Of a DNA stretch of 64,000 nucleotides, positions 18,840 to 29,079 are shown in pieces. Location: positions 6,085-70,084 of the forward strand of contig CANRIB010000001.1 in NCBI GenBank assembly GCA_947630575.1, given 5' to 3'. The first letter of the stretch is position 1. Every line of letters begins with the position of its first letter. A program made the translations under genes and the position numbers. The notes below the pieces were generated by a model. That model saw nothing but the letters and a program-made list of their open reading frames with translations, was not told the origin of the DNA and did no database searches. Source of the DNA: an uncultured Bacilli bacterium. GTDB taxonomy: Bacteria > Bacillota_I > Bacilli_A > RF39 > UBA660.

Positions 18840-19749
18840 TGTAATGAAAGATTTAGCCATTAAAAATTTAAACCTGAAACATGATGGTATATATGTGGAT
18901 GCCACCCTCGGATATGCTGGTCATAGTAAGGAAATATTAAAAAGAATAAAAGAGGGCTTTCTTTTCGCCTTTGATGCGGATACAGATGCTTTAATGTATT
19001 CGCGTCAATCCTTATTGGAAATAGGGAGTAATTTTAAGTTAATTCATAGTAATTTTATTAATTTAAAAGAAGAATTAAAGAAGAATAATTGTGAAAGTGT
19101 TGATGGCTTTTTGTTTGATTTAGGTCTTTCTAGTCCTGAGATTGATAATAAAGAACGAGGATTTAGTTTTATGCAAGATGCCATTTTGGATATGAGGATG
19201 GATAGAACTGCCAATATTGATGCTAGATACATTGTTAATAATTATTCATTAGAAGAATTAACTAATATTTTTTATCAATATGCTGAAGAAGCTCGAAGTA
19301 GAAATATTGCAGAGAAGATTGTAGAAGTTAGAAAGAATAAAGAAATAACTAGAACTTTAGAGTTAGTGGAAGTTATTAAAAAAGCAGTTGGGGCTAATTA
19401 TTTTTTTAAAAAACATCCAGAAAGAGAAATATTTCAAGCTTTAAGAATTGAAGTTAATAATGAACTTAAAGCTGTAGAAGTAGCTTTAGAAGAGGCAATT
19501 AAAATGCTTAAATCTGGAGGAAGAATAGTAGTTATTACTTTTCATTCTTTAGAAGATAGAATAGTTAAGAATATTTTTAGAAAATATAGTGAAGTAAATG
19601 AAGTATTTAAAGGAATGCCAGAGATACCTGAAGAATATAAGCCTCTACTTAAGATTATAAATAAAAAACCTTATGTAGCAAGTAAGGAAGAAATAGAAGA
19701 AAATAGTAGAAGTAAAAGTGCTAAGATGCGAGTAGTAGAAAGGATATGA
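18817..19749 (+). CDS. rsmH: 16S rRNA (cytosine1402-N4)-methyltransferase RsmH
   Basis: HYSVM ... DATLGYAGHS ... DLGLSS ... FHSLEDR motifs. Confidence 0.95.
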   Translation: MVKIMHYSVMKDLAIKNLNLKHDGIYVDATLGYAGHSKEILKRIKEGFLFAFDADTDALMYSRQSLLEIGSNFKLIHSNFINLKEELKKNNCESVDGFLFDLGLSSPEIDNKERGFSFMQDAILDMRMDRTANIDARYIVNNYSLEELTNIFYQYAEEARSRNIAEKIVEVRKNKEITRTLELVEVIKKAVGANYFFKKHPEREIFQALRIEVNNELKAVEVALEEAIKMLKSGGRIVVITFHSLEDRIVKNIFRKYSEVNEVFKGMPEIPEEYKPLLKIINKKPYVASKEEIEENSRSKSAKMRVVERI

Positions 19750-19753
19750 TTAC

Positions 19754-20053
19754 ATGAGAACAAAAAAAGTAAAAAGAATTAAATTATTAAAGGGTGAAAA
19801 GTTTATGTTCTTTTTGGTTGTTTTGTTTGGGTTTGTAATTATGCCGGCTTCTTGGATATATACTAAAGCACTTTTATCAGAAACAAGTATTGAATTAGAG
19901 AGAATGCAAAATAAAATAGATGCACAAAATGATGCAAATGAAGCACTAGGAATGCAAATTGATGAACTAGCTAGTATAGATAATATTCAAGATATTGCAA
20001 GTTCGTCAGGTTTATCTTATAATAATAACAATATTAAAACAATTACGGATTAA
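19754..20053 (+). CDS. ftsL: Cell division protein FtsL-like
   Basis: Small bitopic protein with a coiled coil. Lies between rsmH and the PBP gene. Confidence 0.6.
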   Translation: MRTKKVKRIKLLKGEKFMFFLVVLFGFVIMPASWIYTKALLSETSIELERMQNKIDAQNDANEALGMQIDELASIDNIQDIASSSGLSYNNNNIKTITD

Positions 20054-20065
20054 AAGGAGAACCTT

Positions 20066-22162
20066 ATGAAGAAAAAAAGTAGCAAAGTAAAAGTTAGTAG
20101 ATTTTTTATCATGATTTTTGTTTGCTCTTTTTTAATTGCAATTATAAAATTGGGGATGGTGGCTTTAAGTCCCGAAGTTGATGGCCTTAATTTGACCGAA
20201 TTTGCTAATAATAGAAATACAAGAAAAAAGACTTTGTATGCAAGTAGAGGAAATATTTATGATACTTTTGGGGAAACTATTGCAAGTAATGCTAATTCTT
20301 ATACTTTAATTGCTTATTTAAGTGAATCAAGAACTACAGATCCCGAAAATCCTCAACATGTGGTAGATAAAGAAAAAACGGCTAAAGCTTTAGCAGAAGT
20401 TTTAGACTTAGATGAATCTTATATTTTGGAAAGATTAAATACCAAAGGGGCTTATCAAGTAGAGTTTGGGGTTAAAGGAAAGAAGTTATCAGAAAATAAA
20501 AAGGTAGAAATAGAAGCTTTAGCTTTACCGGGAATAGATTTTACTTCCGGGAATAAAAGATATTATAAGAATTCGAAGATGGCTTCATATATTGTTGGAT
20601 ATGCGAAAGAAAATGATGATGGAGAGATTATTGGAGAGATGGGGGTTGAAGGCTATTATGATGATATTTTAAAGGGAGAAGATGGATATTCTGAATATCA
20701 AATTGATGGGGCTGGATATCAAATGGGAGATGCTTATACCAAAGAACCCGTAAGTGGTAATGATATATATTTAACGTTAGATTCCCATATTCAACTTATT
20801 TTAGAAGATGCAGTCCATACATTAGAAGAAAAATATCATATGGCATGGTTTACTTTTTCAGTAATGGATGCGAAAACAGGGGCAATTGTTGGTAGTGCAT
20901 CAAGTCCTAATTTTAATCCTAATACTTTAGAAGGTTTAACTAATTATGTTAATCCTTTGGTAGGTTATACATATGAACCGGGTTCTACGATGAAGATTTT
21001 CGCATGGTTAGCAGCGATGGAAAATGGAGTTTATGATGGAACTGAAAAGTTTTTGTCTGGTAGCATTAAAGTAGGCGGGGCTAATATTCAAGACTTTAAT
21101 AATGGGGTTGGTTGGGGAATGATTGATTATGATACAGGTTTTGCATATTCGTCTAACGTTGGAGCAACTTATTTGGCTAAAAAATTGGGGGGTAAAAAAT
21201 TAAGAGAATTTTATGAATCAATGGGATTTGGAGCTAAAACCGATATTGAACTACCGGGAGAAGAACCGGGATTATTGCGCTTAACCTATGAATCAGAAGT
21301 AGCAACAGCGTCTTTTGGACAAGGTATTACAACAACACCAATTCAAACTTTACAAGCTTTATCAGTTTTAACTAATGATGGAGTTATGTTAAAGCCTTAT
21401 ATTGTAGATAAAATTGTAAATGAAGCAGGAGAAACAACATATAAGGGGAAAAGAACTGAATTAGGTAAAAAAGTATCTAGTGAATCTATTAATAAAATGA
21501 AAGAATTAATGTATAATGTGGTATATAAAGGATTATCAACGATGTGGAGGCCTGATAATGTGGTTATTGCTGGAAAAACTGGAACAGCTCAAATTGCTAG
21601 TCCTAATGGAGGATATTTAACGGGTTCTCAAGATTATGTACGAAGTTTTGCTGGTTTTTTCCCTTATGATGATCCTAAATATATTATTTATGCATCGGCT
21701 AAACAAATTGATGGGGGAGCAAATCCAGTCGCCGAAGTTGTAACTAAAGCTGTAGAAAGTATTGCCAGTTATTCAAATATTAGTAATAAACCGACAGATT
21801 TTGATATGTCCCAGATTATAAATTTAGATAATTATATTAGTAGTGATATTAAAAGTACAGTGACAAATTTAGAAAATCTTAATTTGAAACCAATTGTAAT
21901 TGGCAATGGAAATGTAGTTATAAATCAGTTTCCTTTAAATAATGCGCAAGTTTTACAGGGTAGTAAAGTATTTTTGCTGACAGAAGCAAGTGAATATTTA
22001 ATGCCGGATATGAAAAATTGGACGACTAGTGAAGTAATGAATTTTTGTAATTTAATAGGACTTCAATATAAGTTTACGGGTTATGGAATAGTTGCAAACT
22101 TTAATATAAATCCTAATACTGTTATAGATTTAAAAGGAATTTTAGAAGTACAACTGGAATAA
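20066..22162 (+). CDS. Class B penicillin-binding protein (PBP2B/SpoVD-type) with C-terminal PASTA domains
   Basis: STMK (SxxK), SSN and KTGTA motifs, plus dcw context. Confidence 0.9.
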   Translation: MKKKSSKVKVSRFFIMIFVCSFLIAIIKLGMVALSPEVDGLNLTEFANNRNTRKKTLYASRGNIYDTFGETIASNANSYTLIAYLSESRTTDPENPQHVVDKEKTAKALAEVLDLDESYILERLNTKGAYQVEFGVKGKKLSENKKVEIEALALPGIDFTSGNKRYYKNSKMASYIVGYAKENDDGEIIGEMGVEGYYDDILKGEDGYSEYQIDGAGYQMGDAYTKEPVSGNDIYLTLDSHIQLILEDAVHTLEEKYHMAWFTFSVMDAKTGAIVGSASSPNFNPNTLEGLTNYVNPLVGYTYEPGSTMKIFAWLAAMENGVYDGTEKFLSGSIKVGGANIQDFNNGVGWGMIDYDTGFAYSSNVGATYLAKKLGGKKLREFYESMGFGAKTDIELPGEEPGLLRLTYESEVATASFGQGITTTPIQTLQALSVLTNDGVMLKPYIVDKIVNEAGETTYKGKRTELGKKVSSESINKMKELMYNVVYKGLSTMWRPDNVVIAGKTGTAQIASPNGGYLTGSQDYVRSFAGFFPYDDPKYIIYASAKQIDGGANPVAEVVTKAVESIASYSNISNKPTDFDMSQIINLDNYISSDIKSTVTNLENLNLKPIVIGNGNVVINQFPLNNAQVLQGSKVFLLTEASEYLMPDMKNWTTSEVMNFCNLIGLQYKFTGYGIVANFNINPNTVIDLKGILEVQLE

Positions 22163-22437
22163 ATAAAGCTTTTTTTACCATACTAAGTATGGGTGAAGAT
22201 AAGTTTTGAAAGATATTAATAATTATTTTAGAGGGGCAAGTGGAAAAGAAGAAAGTATTGATAAAATAAAATATGGATTACTTAATGATTATGGTTATGA
22301 TTTTTCTAGTTCAGTTAGAGATAAATATGATGAAGAAAAAATTATAAAGAGAAAGTGTAATCCTAAGAATTGTTAAGATATTTAGTTGGGGGACTAAATA
22401 TTTTTTTCTTTTTAATTTTAGATTTGTATGATATAAT

Positions 22438-23187
22438 TTGAGTAGATTAAAATTTGGATGGAGGAAAAAGATGAAAGTTGTAGTTGTGGGAAGTGGTTCA
22501 ATGTGGAGAGCTTCAAATAGTGCTTCTTATAAAATAGATGAAGATATAGTTGTTGATATGCCTAATGGGATGTGTAAGAATTTGTTAAAATTGAAAGAAG
22601 ATTTGGGAAAAGTTAGAAATGTTTTGTTGACCCATTTTCATGGGGACCATTATTTTGATATTCCTTTTTTCTTTTTATTTAAAGCAAGGTCAGAAGATAA
22701 AATAGTTAATGTTTTTTGTAGTAAAGAGGGTAAAAGAAAAAATGCGCAATTGCTTAAATTAGCTTTTCCTATGGCTTTTAAAGAAGTACTAAAAGATATT
22801 AATTTGAAATATGTTTTTGATAATAAATTTATGGTAAATGATTATCAAGTAGAGAAGCTTTTAGTTGATCATGGGAGTATGAAGCCGGCTTATGGTTATA
22901 TTTTTAGTAAAGATAAGATAAAAGTGGGATTTACAGGGGATTCAACATTATGTGAAAGTGTTGAATATATGGCACAAGTTTGTAATTATTTATTTTGTGA
23001 TTGTATGTTTATTAAAGGAACAAGTAAACATATGGGAATAGATATGCTTAATATTTTAAGTGAAAAATATCCTAATTGTCATTTTGTAGTAAGTCATTTA
23101 GAAGATAATACAAGAGAAGAATTAATTAAAAATAAAAAAGATAATATTATTGTGCCAGAAGATGGTTTAGTTATTAATATTGAGTAA
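22438..23187 (+). CDS. MBL-fold metallo-hydrolase (likely start ATG 22471)
   Basis: HFHGDH motif. Confidence 0.7.
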   Translation: MSRLKFGWRKKMKVVVVGSGSMWRASNSASYKIDEDIVVDMPNGMCKNLLKLKEDLGKVRNVLLTHFHGDHYFDIPFFFLFKARSEDKIVNVFCSKEGKRKNAQLLKLAFPMAFKEVLKDINLKYVFDNKFMVNDYQVEKLLVDHGSMKPAYGYIFSKDKIKVGFTGDSTLCESVEYMAQVCNYLFCDCMFIKGTSKHMGIDMLNILSEKYPNCHFVVSHLEDNTREELIKNKKDNIIVPEDGLVINIE

Positions 23188-23204
23188 TATTTTTAATTAT
23201 AGTA

Positions 23205-24110
23205 ATGGAGGTAATAAAGATGAGTTTAGTTTTAAAAAATGTTTCAAAGACATTTGGAAGAAAATTAGTGGTTGATAACATTTCTTTTACAGTAGATAGA
23301 CCGGGAGTTTATGGGTTACTTGGAACTAATGGGGCTGGTAAAACAACTACAATTAGGATGTTACTCGGAATAATTAAAAAAGATAAAGGAGATATTACAT
23401 GGAAGGGTTCGGTGGTTGATAGAAAGAACGTTAATTTTGGGTATTTACCAGAAGAAAGAGGAATATATCCTAAAACTAAAGTGATAGACCAATTAATGTA
23501 TTTTGCAGAACTTAAAGGGATGAAAAAAGAAGAGGCTTTAAAAGCAATTAATAAATGGGCAAAAGAACTTAAAGTAGAAGAATATTTAGATATGCCAGCC
23601 GAAAAGTTAAGTAAAGGTAATCAACAAAAAGTGCAATTTATGACGGCAATTATTCATGATCCAGAGTTAGTAGTTTTAGATGAACCTTTTAGTGGACTTG
23701 ATCCTGTTAATACCGAAATATTAAAAAATATTATCATTGGTTTAGTAAAAAAAGGTAAATATGTAATAATGTCGGCCCATCAAATGCCAACGATTGAAGA
23801 GTTTTGTAGTGATATTTTAATATTAGATAAAGGAAAGACTATTTTACAGGGGAATTTAAAAGAGATAAAAGATAGTTATCCGGCGAATAGAGTAGAAATA
23901 GATGTTAAAGAAAATATTGATAGTTATATTAAAGAGTTTAATTTAGAAATAGAAAATGTAACTAATAATAATTATGTGATTAAAATAACAGAAGAAGAGA
24001 TGGCTCATAAGTTATTAGAAAAATTAATTAAAGAGAAAGTTAAAGTAGATAAATTTGAAATTAAAAAACCAACTTTAAATGATATATTTATTGAGAAAGT
24101 GGGGGAGTAA
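23205..24110 (+). CDS. ABC transporter ATP-binding protein (ABC-2/NatA-like)
   Basis: GTNGAGKTT Walker A, LSKGNQQK signature, VLDEP Walker B. Confidence 0.9.
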   Translation: MEVIKMSLVLKNVSKTFGRKLVVDNISFTVDRPGVYGLLGTNGAGKTTTIRMLLGIIKKDKGDITWKGSVVDRKNVNFGYLPEERGIYPKTKVIDQLMYFAELKGMKKEEALKAINKWAKELKVEEYLDMPAEKLSKGNQQKVQFMTAIIHDPELVVLDEPFSGLDPVNTEILKNIIIGLVKKGKYVIMSAHQMPTIEEFCSDILILDKGKTILQGNLKEIKDSYPANRVEIDVKENIDSYIKEFNLEIENVTNNNYVIKITEEEMAHKLLEKLIKEKVKVDKFEIKKPTLNDIFIEKVGE

Positions 24111-25332
24111 AATGAGTGATATTTTAACAATAATGAAGTTTACAATTAAAGATATGGTAAAAAGAAAATCTTTTATTATATCAACTATAATTATATTAGT
24201 TTTAATAATAGGGGGTTTTAATGTTCCTAATATAGTAAAGTTATTTAATGATGATAACAGTGGGAATAAACTTTTAATTGTAGATAATAATGATATTTTT
24301 GAGGGAAATTTAAAAGAATTAAAGGGAGAAGAATTAGGTTATAATATAAGTGTTGTTAAAGCTAGTTTTGATGATGTAAAAAAGAAAATAGAAAATAAAG
24401 ATATAGATGAAGCAATAATAATAGAAAAAGAAAATAATAATATTAATATTAGATATATAGTTCCAAGTATTGGGATGATGAGTGAAATGCCTAATGATCT
24501 AATTGATAGTCTTAGTTCTTTATATTCTAATATACAAATTAGTAAACTTAATTTAACTAAAGAAGAATTAGAGGCAATTACACCAAACTTTACTTATAGT
24601 ATGGAACAAACTAGTGATGAAGAAGCAACAGGGAATATATTAGTGATGATGTTAATGTCGATAGTTTTATTTTATGCGATATATTTTTGTGCTTATCAAG
24701 TATCTAGTTCAATAACAATTGAGAAAACTTCCAAAATAATTGAAACATTAGTTACTTCTACTAGTCCAAAGAATATTGTGCTGGGAAAAACTTTAGGAAT
24801 TGGAATTGTAGGATTAGGGCAAATGATATTAATTGTTGGAACGGCAATAATAAGTGCTTTATTATTCTTAGATTCTAATTTATTATCGATGGTTTTAGAT
24901 ATGTCTAATATAACTATTTCTTTGGGAATTATTACAATTATATACTTTATTTTAGGTTATTTTACTTATGCATTGTTGTATGCCCTTACAGGGTCTACCG
25001 TAAGTAAACCAGAAGATATTCAGTCGGCAAATACACCTATTGCAATACTTGTGGTTGTTGGGTTTTATTTATCATATTTTACAATGATGAATCCAGCGAG
25101 TAATCTTAATTTATTTGCTTCATTATTTCCTCTTTCAGCCCCATTTTGTATGCCATTTAGAGTAATGATGGGACTTGCAAATGGGATTGATGTTGCAATA
25201 TCAATAGGAATTTTAGTAGTAACTATACTTATTATTGCCAAAGTAGCAATAAAAATATATTCGAATGCAATATTAAATTATGGAACAAAATTAAGTTTTA
25301 AAGATATAATTAGTATGTATAAGGATAAATAG
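24079..25332 (+). CDS. ABC-2 family transporter permease (NatB-like; likely start ATG 24112)
   Basis: N-terminal TM segment, large loop and a C-terminal multi-TM bundle. Coupled to the ATPase gene. Confidence 0.7.
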   Translation: MIYLLRKWGSKMSDILTIMKFTIKDMVKRKSFIISTIIILVLIIGGFNVPNIVKLFNDDNSGNKLLIVDNNDIFEGNLKELKGEELGYNISVVKASFDDVKKKIENKDIDEAIIIEKENNNINIRYIVPSIGMMSEMPNDLIDSLSSLYSNIQISKLNLTKEELEAITPNFTYSMEQTSDEEATGNILVMMLMSIVLFYAIYFCAYQVSSSITIEKTSKIIETLVTSTSPKNIVLGKTLGIGIVGLGQMILIVGTAIISALLFLDSNLLSMVLDMSNITISLGIITIIYFILGYFTYALLYALTGSTVSKPEDIQSANTPIAILVVVGFYLSYFTMMNPASNLNLFASLFPLSAPFCMPFRVMMGLANGIDVAISIGILVVTILIIAKVAIKIYSNAILNYGTKLSFKDIISMYKDK

Positions 25333-25526
25333 GAAAAAGAAAATAACTATCTAATTTTGGTAGTTTATAATTTTGGTTATAAATTTGCTTCAAAATGCAT
25401 GAAGGTTGTGAAAAAATTAAATAATAATGCTTGTATTTTAGAAAAGAGAAAATAATAAATTATTAGAAGAATGTATTTAAGGAATCAAAGTTAAGTATGT
25501 TCTTTTTTTGTTTTAGATAAGTTTTC

Positions 25527-25555
25527 TTGACAAACATATGTTCATATAGTATAAT
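25527..25555 (+). promoter_or_regulatory. Consensus sigma-A promoter for the Bro-N gene
   Basis: TTGACA, 17 nt, TATAAT. Confidence 0.6.
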
Positions 25556-25578
25556 GTCTTTAATAGGGAGGTTATGTT

Positions 25579-26439
25579 ATGAATAATAGTAAGTTAGAAA
25601 CAATTTCTAATCTTTTTGAAGGAAAAGAGATAAGAAGCGTTTGGGATTCTCAGAAAGAGGATTATTATTTTAGTGTAGTTGATGTTATTAGGGCTTTGAC
25701 TGATAGCAAAGAGCCTAGAAAATATTGGTCAGTATTAAAAAGTAGATTAAAAAAAGAAGGTAGTGAACTGACTACAAAATGTAGTCAGTTGAAAATGGTT
25801 GCTCAAGATGGAAAAATGAGAAATACGGATACTTTAGATACTAAAGGAATACTAAGATTAGTTGAGTCTATTCCTAGTCCTAAAGCGGAACCATTTAAGT
25901 TATGGCTTGCTAATTTAGGGAGTGAAAGAATTGATGAGGTGTTTGATCCTGAAAAAGCTATTAAAAGAGCAATTTTATATTATCGTAAAAGAGGATATGA
26001 TGATAAATGGATTGAGGCAAGATTAAAAGGAATACTTAATAGAAATAAACTTACGGATATATGGAAAGATAGGGGTATTACAGAGAATTATGAATTTGGA
26101 ATTTTAACTAATGAGATATATAAAGAATGGTCAGGCATGAAAGCTAATGAGTATAAATCTTTTAAAAATATAAGAAAAGAATCTTTAAGGGATAATATGT
26201 CGGATATTGAAATAGCATTAACTGATTTAGGAGAGATTGCTACTCGAGAACTTATTAAAGAGCATAGACCTTATGGGTTGGAACAAAATAAAGAGATTGC
26301 TAAAATGGGTGGAAATGTTTCTAAAGTAGCTAGAGAGAATTTAGAACAGAAACTTGGGAAATCAGTAATTAGTAATCAAAATAATCTTCGTTATCAATAT
26401 TTAGATGAGAAACATAGATTAGAAAACAACGAGATTTAA
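25579..26439 (+). CDS. Bro-N domain protein (DinD/phage antirepressor-like)
   Basis: N-terminal FEGKEIRSVWDSQKEDYYFSVVDVIRALTDS matches the Bro-N pattern. Confidence 0.65.
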   Translation: MNNSKLETISNLFEGKEIRSVWDSQKEDYYFSVVDVIRALTDSKEPRKYWSVLKSRLKKEGSELTTKCSQLKMVAQDGKMRNTDTLDTKGILRLVESIPSPKAEPFKLWLANLGSERIDEVFDPEKAIKRAILYYRKRGYDDKWIEARLKGILNRNKLTDIWKDRGITENYEFGILTNEIYKEWSGMKANEYKSFKNIRKESLRDNMSDIEIALTDLGEIATRELIKEHRPYGLEQNKEIAKMGGNVSKVARENLEQKLGKSVISNQNNLRYQYLDEKHRLENNEI

Positions 26440-26503
26440 TAATAAAAAATATTGCAGAAAACAATTTTGTATTATCTAATTTTTTTAGAAAGGAGGAATA
26501 GTT

Positions 26504-27193
26504 GTGGATTATAAGATAATTGGTCAAACAGTACCAGCAGTTGAATTTACGTTGAATAAAGGAGAAAGCTTATATACTCAATCAGGAGCAATGACTTGGA
26601 TGACTTTTGGCATTAATTCAGAAACTAATACTAGAGGTGGAATAGTGAAAGGTTTAGGTAGAGTATTTTCTGGAGAATCATTGTTTTTAAATACATATAC
26701 TGCAATTGAAGATAATCAAAAAATTGCTTTTGGTTCAACAGTTCCAGGAGGCATATTAAATTTAAAATTAACATCTGATAATCCTGGCTTAATTGTTCAA
26801 AAAGGTTCTTTTCTATGTGCAGAACCAACTGTAGAATTAAAAGTTGCTTTTAGAAAAAAATTAGGTGCAGGGTTATTTGGTGGAGAAGGTTTTATCTTAC
26901 AAGATATTAGTGGAACTGGTAATGTGTTTTTAGAAGTTGATGGAGATCAAGTAGTTAAAGAATTAAAACCAGGCGAAGTAATTAAGGTTGACACAGGTAA
27001 TGTTGTTGCTTTTGAAAAAACTATTAATTATGAAATTGAAAGAGTAAAAGGAATTAAGAATATTTTATTTGGTGGAGAAGGTTTATTTTTGACTAAATTA
27101 ACGGGTCCAGGTAAAATAATTCTTCAAACTCAAAACTTTAATGATTTTGCTGGTAGAATTATTTCTTTAATGCCTAAAAGTGGAAATCAATAA
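26504..27193 (+). CDS. TIGR00266/AIM24-family protein
   Basis: GESLYTQSGAMTWM ... GGEGFILQ ... GGEGLFLTKLTGPG pattern. Confidence 0.7.
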   Translation: MDYKIIGQTVPAVEFTLNKGESLYTQSGAMTWMTFGINSETNTRGGIVKGLGRVFSGESLFLNTYTAIEDNQKIAFGSTVPGGILNLKLTSDNPGLIVQKGSFLCAEPTVELKVAFRKKLGAGLFGGEGFILQDISGTGNVFLEVDGDQVVKELKPGEVIKVDTGNVVAFEKTINYEIERVKGIKNILFGGEGLFLTKLTGPGKIILQTQNFNDFAGRIISLMPKSGNQ

Positions 27194-27330
27194 ATAATTA
27201 TAGGGGAGTTAATTGAATAATTAAACTGTTAAATTATTCAGCAACCCTATTTTTATTTATTGAGAAATATAAAAGTTTTAGCAATTTATGAAGAAAAAAA
27301 TATAATAAAATATGAAAGAGGTAGAGTTTT

Positions 27331-28158
27331 ATGGTTAAAACAATTAGAAAATATCCAATTATTGTAGCTATAATTGCTTTAGTTATTGGATATTGTGGAA
27401 TTAAATATCTGCCATATGATGGGAATAATGTTACTCATATGATATTGGTTCGGGTATTATTAAGTGCAATAATGATTGGCATAATGCTTTTAATGGGAGC
27501 TAAAAAAATATTTGCAAATGTTAAAGAAGGTTTTGGCTTTTCTTTACGTAGTTGTATTTGGGTTTTAATTATTGCGGCTATTCCGGGAGTTATTTCTATT
27601 GTAATAGGAATAACAAAAAATGGTATTCCTGATAATTTATTAATAAGAGAGCTTAGTTATTTTATTCTAAGTTTAACAGTGGGAATTTTTGAGGAAGGAT
27701 TATTTAGAGGTGTAGCTTTAAATGGTACATTAAGAAAAACAGGAAAAACTCGTAAAGGTATTTGGACTGCTATTTTAATATCTTCATTAATCTTTGGAAT
27801 ATTCCATGTTACTAATTATATATTTGGTGGTAGCTATGATTTAAAAGGTATTATTCAAACAGTAGGTAAAATTCTTCAAACTGGAATTTTTGGAATATTA
27901 CTATGTGCATTATTCTTAAAAACTAAGAATTTTTGGGGAATATCTTTGGCTCATGCTTTAAATGATTTCTTTGCGTTTCAAAGTCTTGTATTTGTAGGTT
28001 CAACTAGTGGTGGTTATGTTCAATCAGGAGTTGAAGGTAGTGTTTTATCTATTGGGTATGTGATAATACTTTTATTATATATTCCAGTAATATATAAAGC
28101 TATAAAAGTTATGAAACAAGTAAAAGAACCAGAATATGGTTCATTTAAAGAAAATTAG
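27331..28158 (+). CDS. CPBP-family intramembrane glutamic endopeptidase (Abi-like)
   Basis: EEGLFRG, FGIFH and HALND motifs in a multi-TM protein. Confidence 0.8.
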   Translation: MVKTIRKYPIIVAIIALVIGYCGIKYLPYDGNNVTHMILVRVLLSAIMIGIMLLMGAKKIFANVKEGFGFSLRSCIWVLIIAAIPGVISIVIGITKNGIPDNLLIRELSYFILSLTVGIFEEGLFRGVALNGTLRKTGKTRKGIWTAILISSLIFGIFHVTNYIFGGSYDLKGIIQTVGKILQTGIFGILLCALFLKTKNFWGISLAHALNDFFAFQSLVFVGSTSGGYVQSGVEGSVLSIGYVIILLLYIPVIYKAIKVMKQVKEPEYGSFKEN

Positions 28159-28222
28159 TCATTTATTATTGGTAGAACAAATAATATTGTGTAAAGTAGA
28201 GTTTCTTTTGAAATTCCATTTA

Positions 28223-28267
28223 AGTAATAACATTACAAACTATTGTAAGTAAAGTTATTACTTTTTT
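28223..28267 (+). terminator. Rho-independent terminator after the CPBP gene
   Basis: AGTAATAAC ... GTTATTACT stem plus TTTTTT. Confidence 0.6.
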
Positions 28268-28393
28268 AATTCGTTTGAATCTTCTATTTTTTTATAATTG
28301 CAGGTTTTATAGTAGTCATCACCTTATAAAATATTGTAAAAATTAAATTCACAAGATTAAATCTATTTCAAAAAGAAAAGGTGGTGGTTAATT

Positions 28394-28450
28394 ATGACAA
28401 GAAGATAACTTTCTCTATTTATTCTAGTATTTGTAATACTGTTTAAATAG
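28394..28450 (+). pseudogene. Degenerate type I toxin-like mini-ORF (in-frame TAA at codon 5)
   Basis: RBS AAAGGTGGTGG, then ATG ACA AGA AGA TAA followed in frame by LSLFILVFVILFK-stop. A terminator hairpin and a convergent minus-strand promoter lie downstream, as in the intact module. Confidence 0.35.
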
Positions 28451-28572
28451 AAAAAGCACACTAAGGCTTCAACTGGAGTATTAGTGTGCACAACCAAAAT
28501 ATGGAGTGTACTTAACCATACGAAAGTTAAGTATATCCTTTTTTATTTTATGTAAGTTTCCTTGACAGATAC

Positions 28573-28601
28573 ATAATAACATAAGAATGATTTTTTTTCA
28601 A
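28573..28601 (-). promoter_or_regulatory. Convergent (antisense) promoter of TA-like module 1
   Basis: Minus strand TTGAAA, 17 nt, TATTAT. Confidence 0.45.
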
Positions 28602-28691
28602 GGTGGTTTAATTATATATAAATGGTCAAATTAAATGATTTTATTAGTAATAAAGTTCCTTTTTATAAGCCATAAATGCCTTTGCTTTAAC

Positions 28692-28720
28692 TTGAATGAA
28701 GTATAAAAATTTGATATAAT
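28692..28720 (+). promoter_or_regulatory. Promoter of the toxin mRNA, TA-like module 2
   Basis: TTGAAT, 17 nt, TATAAT with a TG extension (TGATATAAT). Confidence 0.55.
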
Positions 28721-28786
28721 TTGTGATAGGGAATATCAGTTGTTGAGTGTCTACCAAATCTCTAAATAGAGAGGAGGTTTGATATA

Positions 28787-28879
28787 GTGAAAACTAAAAC
28801 TTTTATTTTAAGAGTTTTAAAATTCATATCTATCATTTTATTTCTTCTTATCATTATGATAGTAGTAATAAAAAAATGA
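28787..28879 (+). CDS. Putative type I toxin, 30-aa hydrophobic peptide
   Basis: GTG start 9 nt after GAGAGGAGG. Peptide MKTKTFILRVLKFISIILFLLIIMIVVIKK has one TM helix and a KK tail. The hairpin TCTCTA-AA-TAGAGA abuts the SD sequence. Confidence 0.5.
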   Translation: MKTKTFILRVLKFISIILFLLIIMIVVIKK

Positions 28880-28987
28880 CACTTAATTCACATAAGAATT
28901 AAATGTCATGCTTAAAGAAATTTAGGGTTGACATTCAACTATGCAAAACTGAATGTTCCCTTTTTATTTTATGCAAGTTTCCTTGAC
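28872..28987 (-). ncRNA. Putative antisense antitoxin RNA overlapping the toxin 3' UTR (ends approximate)
   Basis: Would start about 7 nt after the minus-strand -10 box (28994-28999). On the minus strand, the hairpin at 28880-28910 is followed by a T-run at the toxin stop codon. Confidence 0.4.
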
Positions 28988-28993
28988 ATATTC

Positions 28994-29022
28994 ATAATAT
29001 CATAAAAACAGCTCTTTTTCAA
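28994..29022 (-). promoter_or_regulatory. Convergent (antisense) promoter of TA-like module 2
   Basis: Minus strand TTGAAA, 17 nt, TATTAT with a TG extension. Confidence 0.5.
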
Positions 29023-29079
29023 GTGGGCTTATTTCTTTAAATTAGAAAAGCTTAATAAATGAATTAGTGGTGCTTGTTT

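Noticed and set aside
22207-22377. TTG-initiated 56-aa ORF downstream of the PBP gene (LKDINNYFRGASGKEE...).
   Set aside because: No convincing RBS and a weak start codon. It overlaps the PBP terminator hairpin region. Possibly a gene remnant, but unsupported.
25470-25560. Sequence resembling the terminator/antisense-promoter part of the TA-like modules (GTTAAGTAT...TTTT...TTCTTGACA).
   Set aside because: Here the TTGACA box is the -35 of a consensus plus-strand promoter for the Bro-N gene. No small hydrophobic ORF or good minus-strand promoter is present. Probably only shared terminator/promoter-like composition.
25579-28158. Possible prophage remnant (Bro-N gene, Abi-like CPBP protease).
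   Set aside because: No integrase, capsid, terminase or other phage genes are nearby. The individual genes are common in chromosomes.
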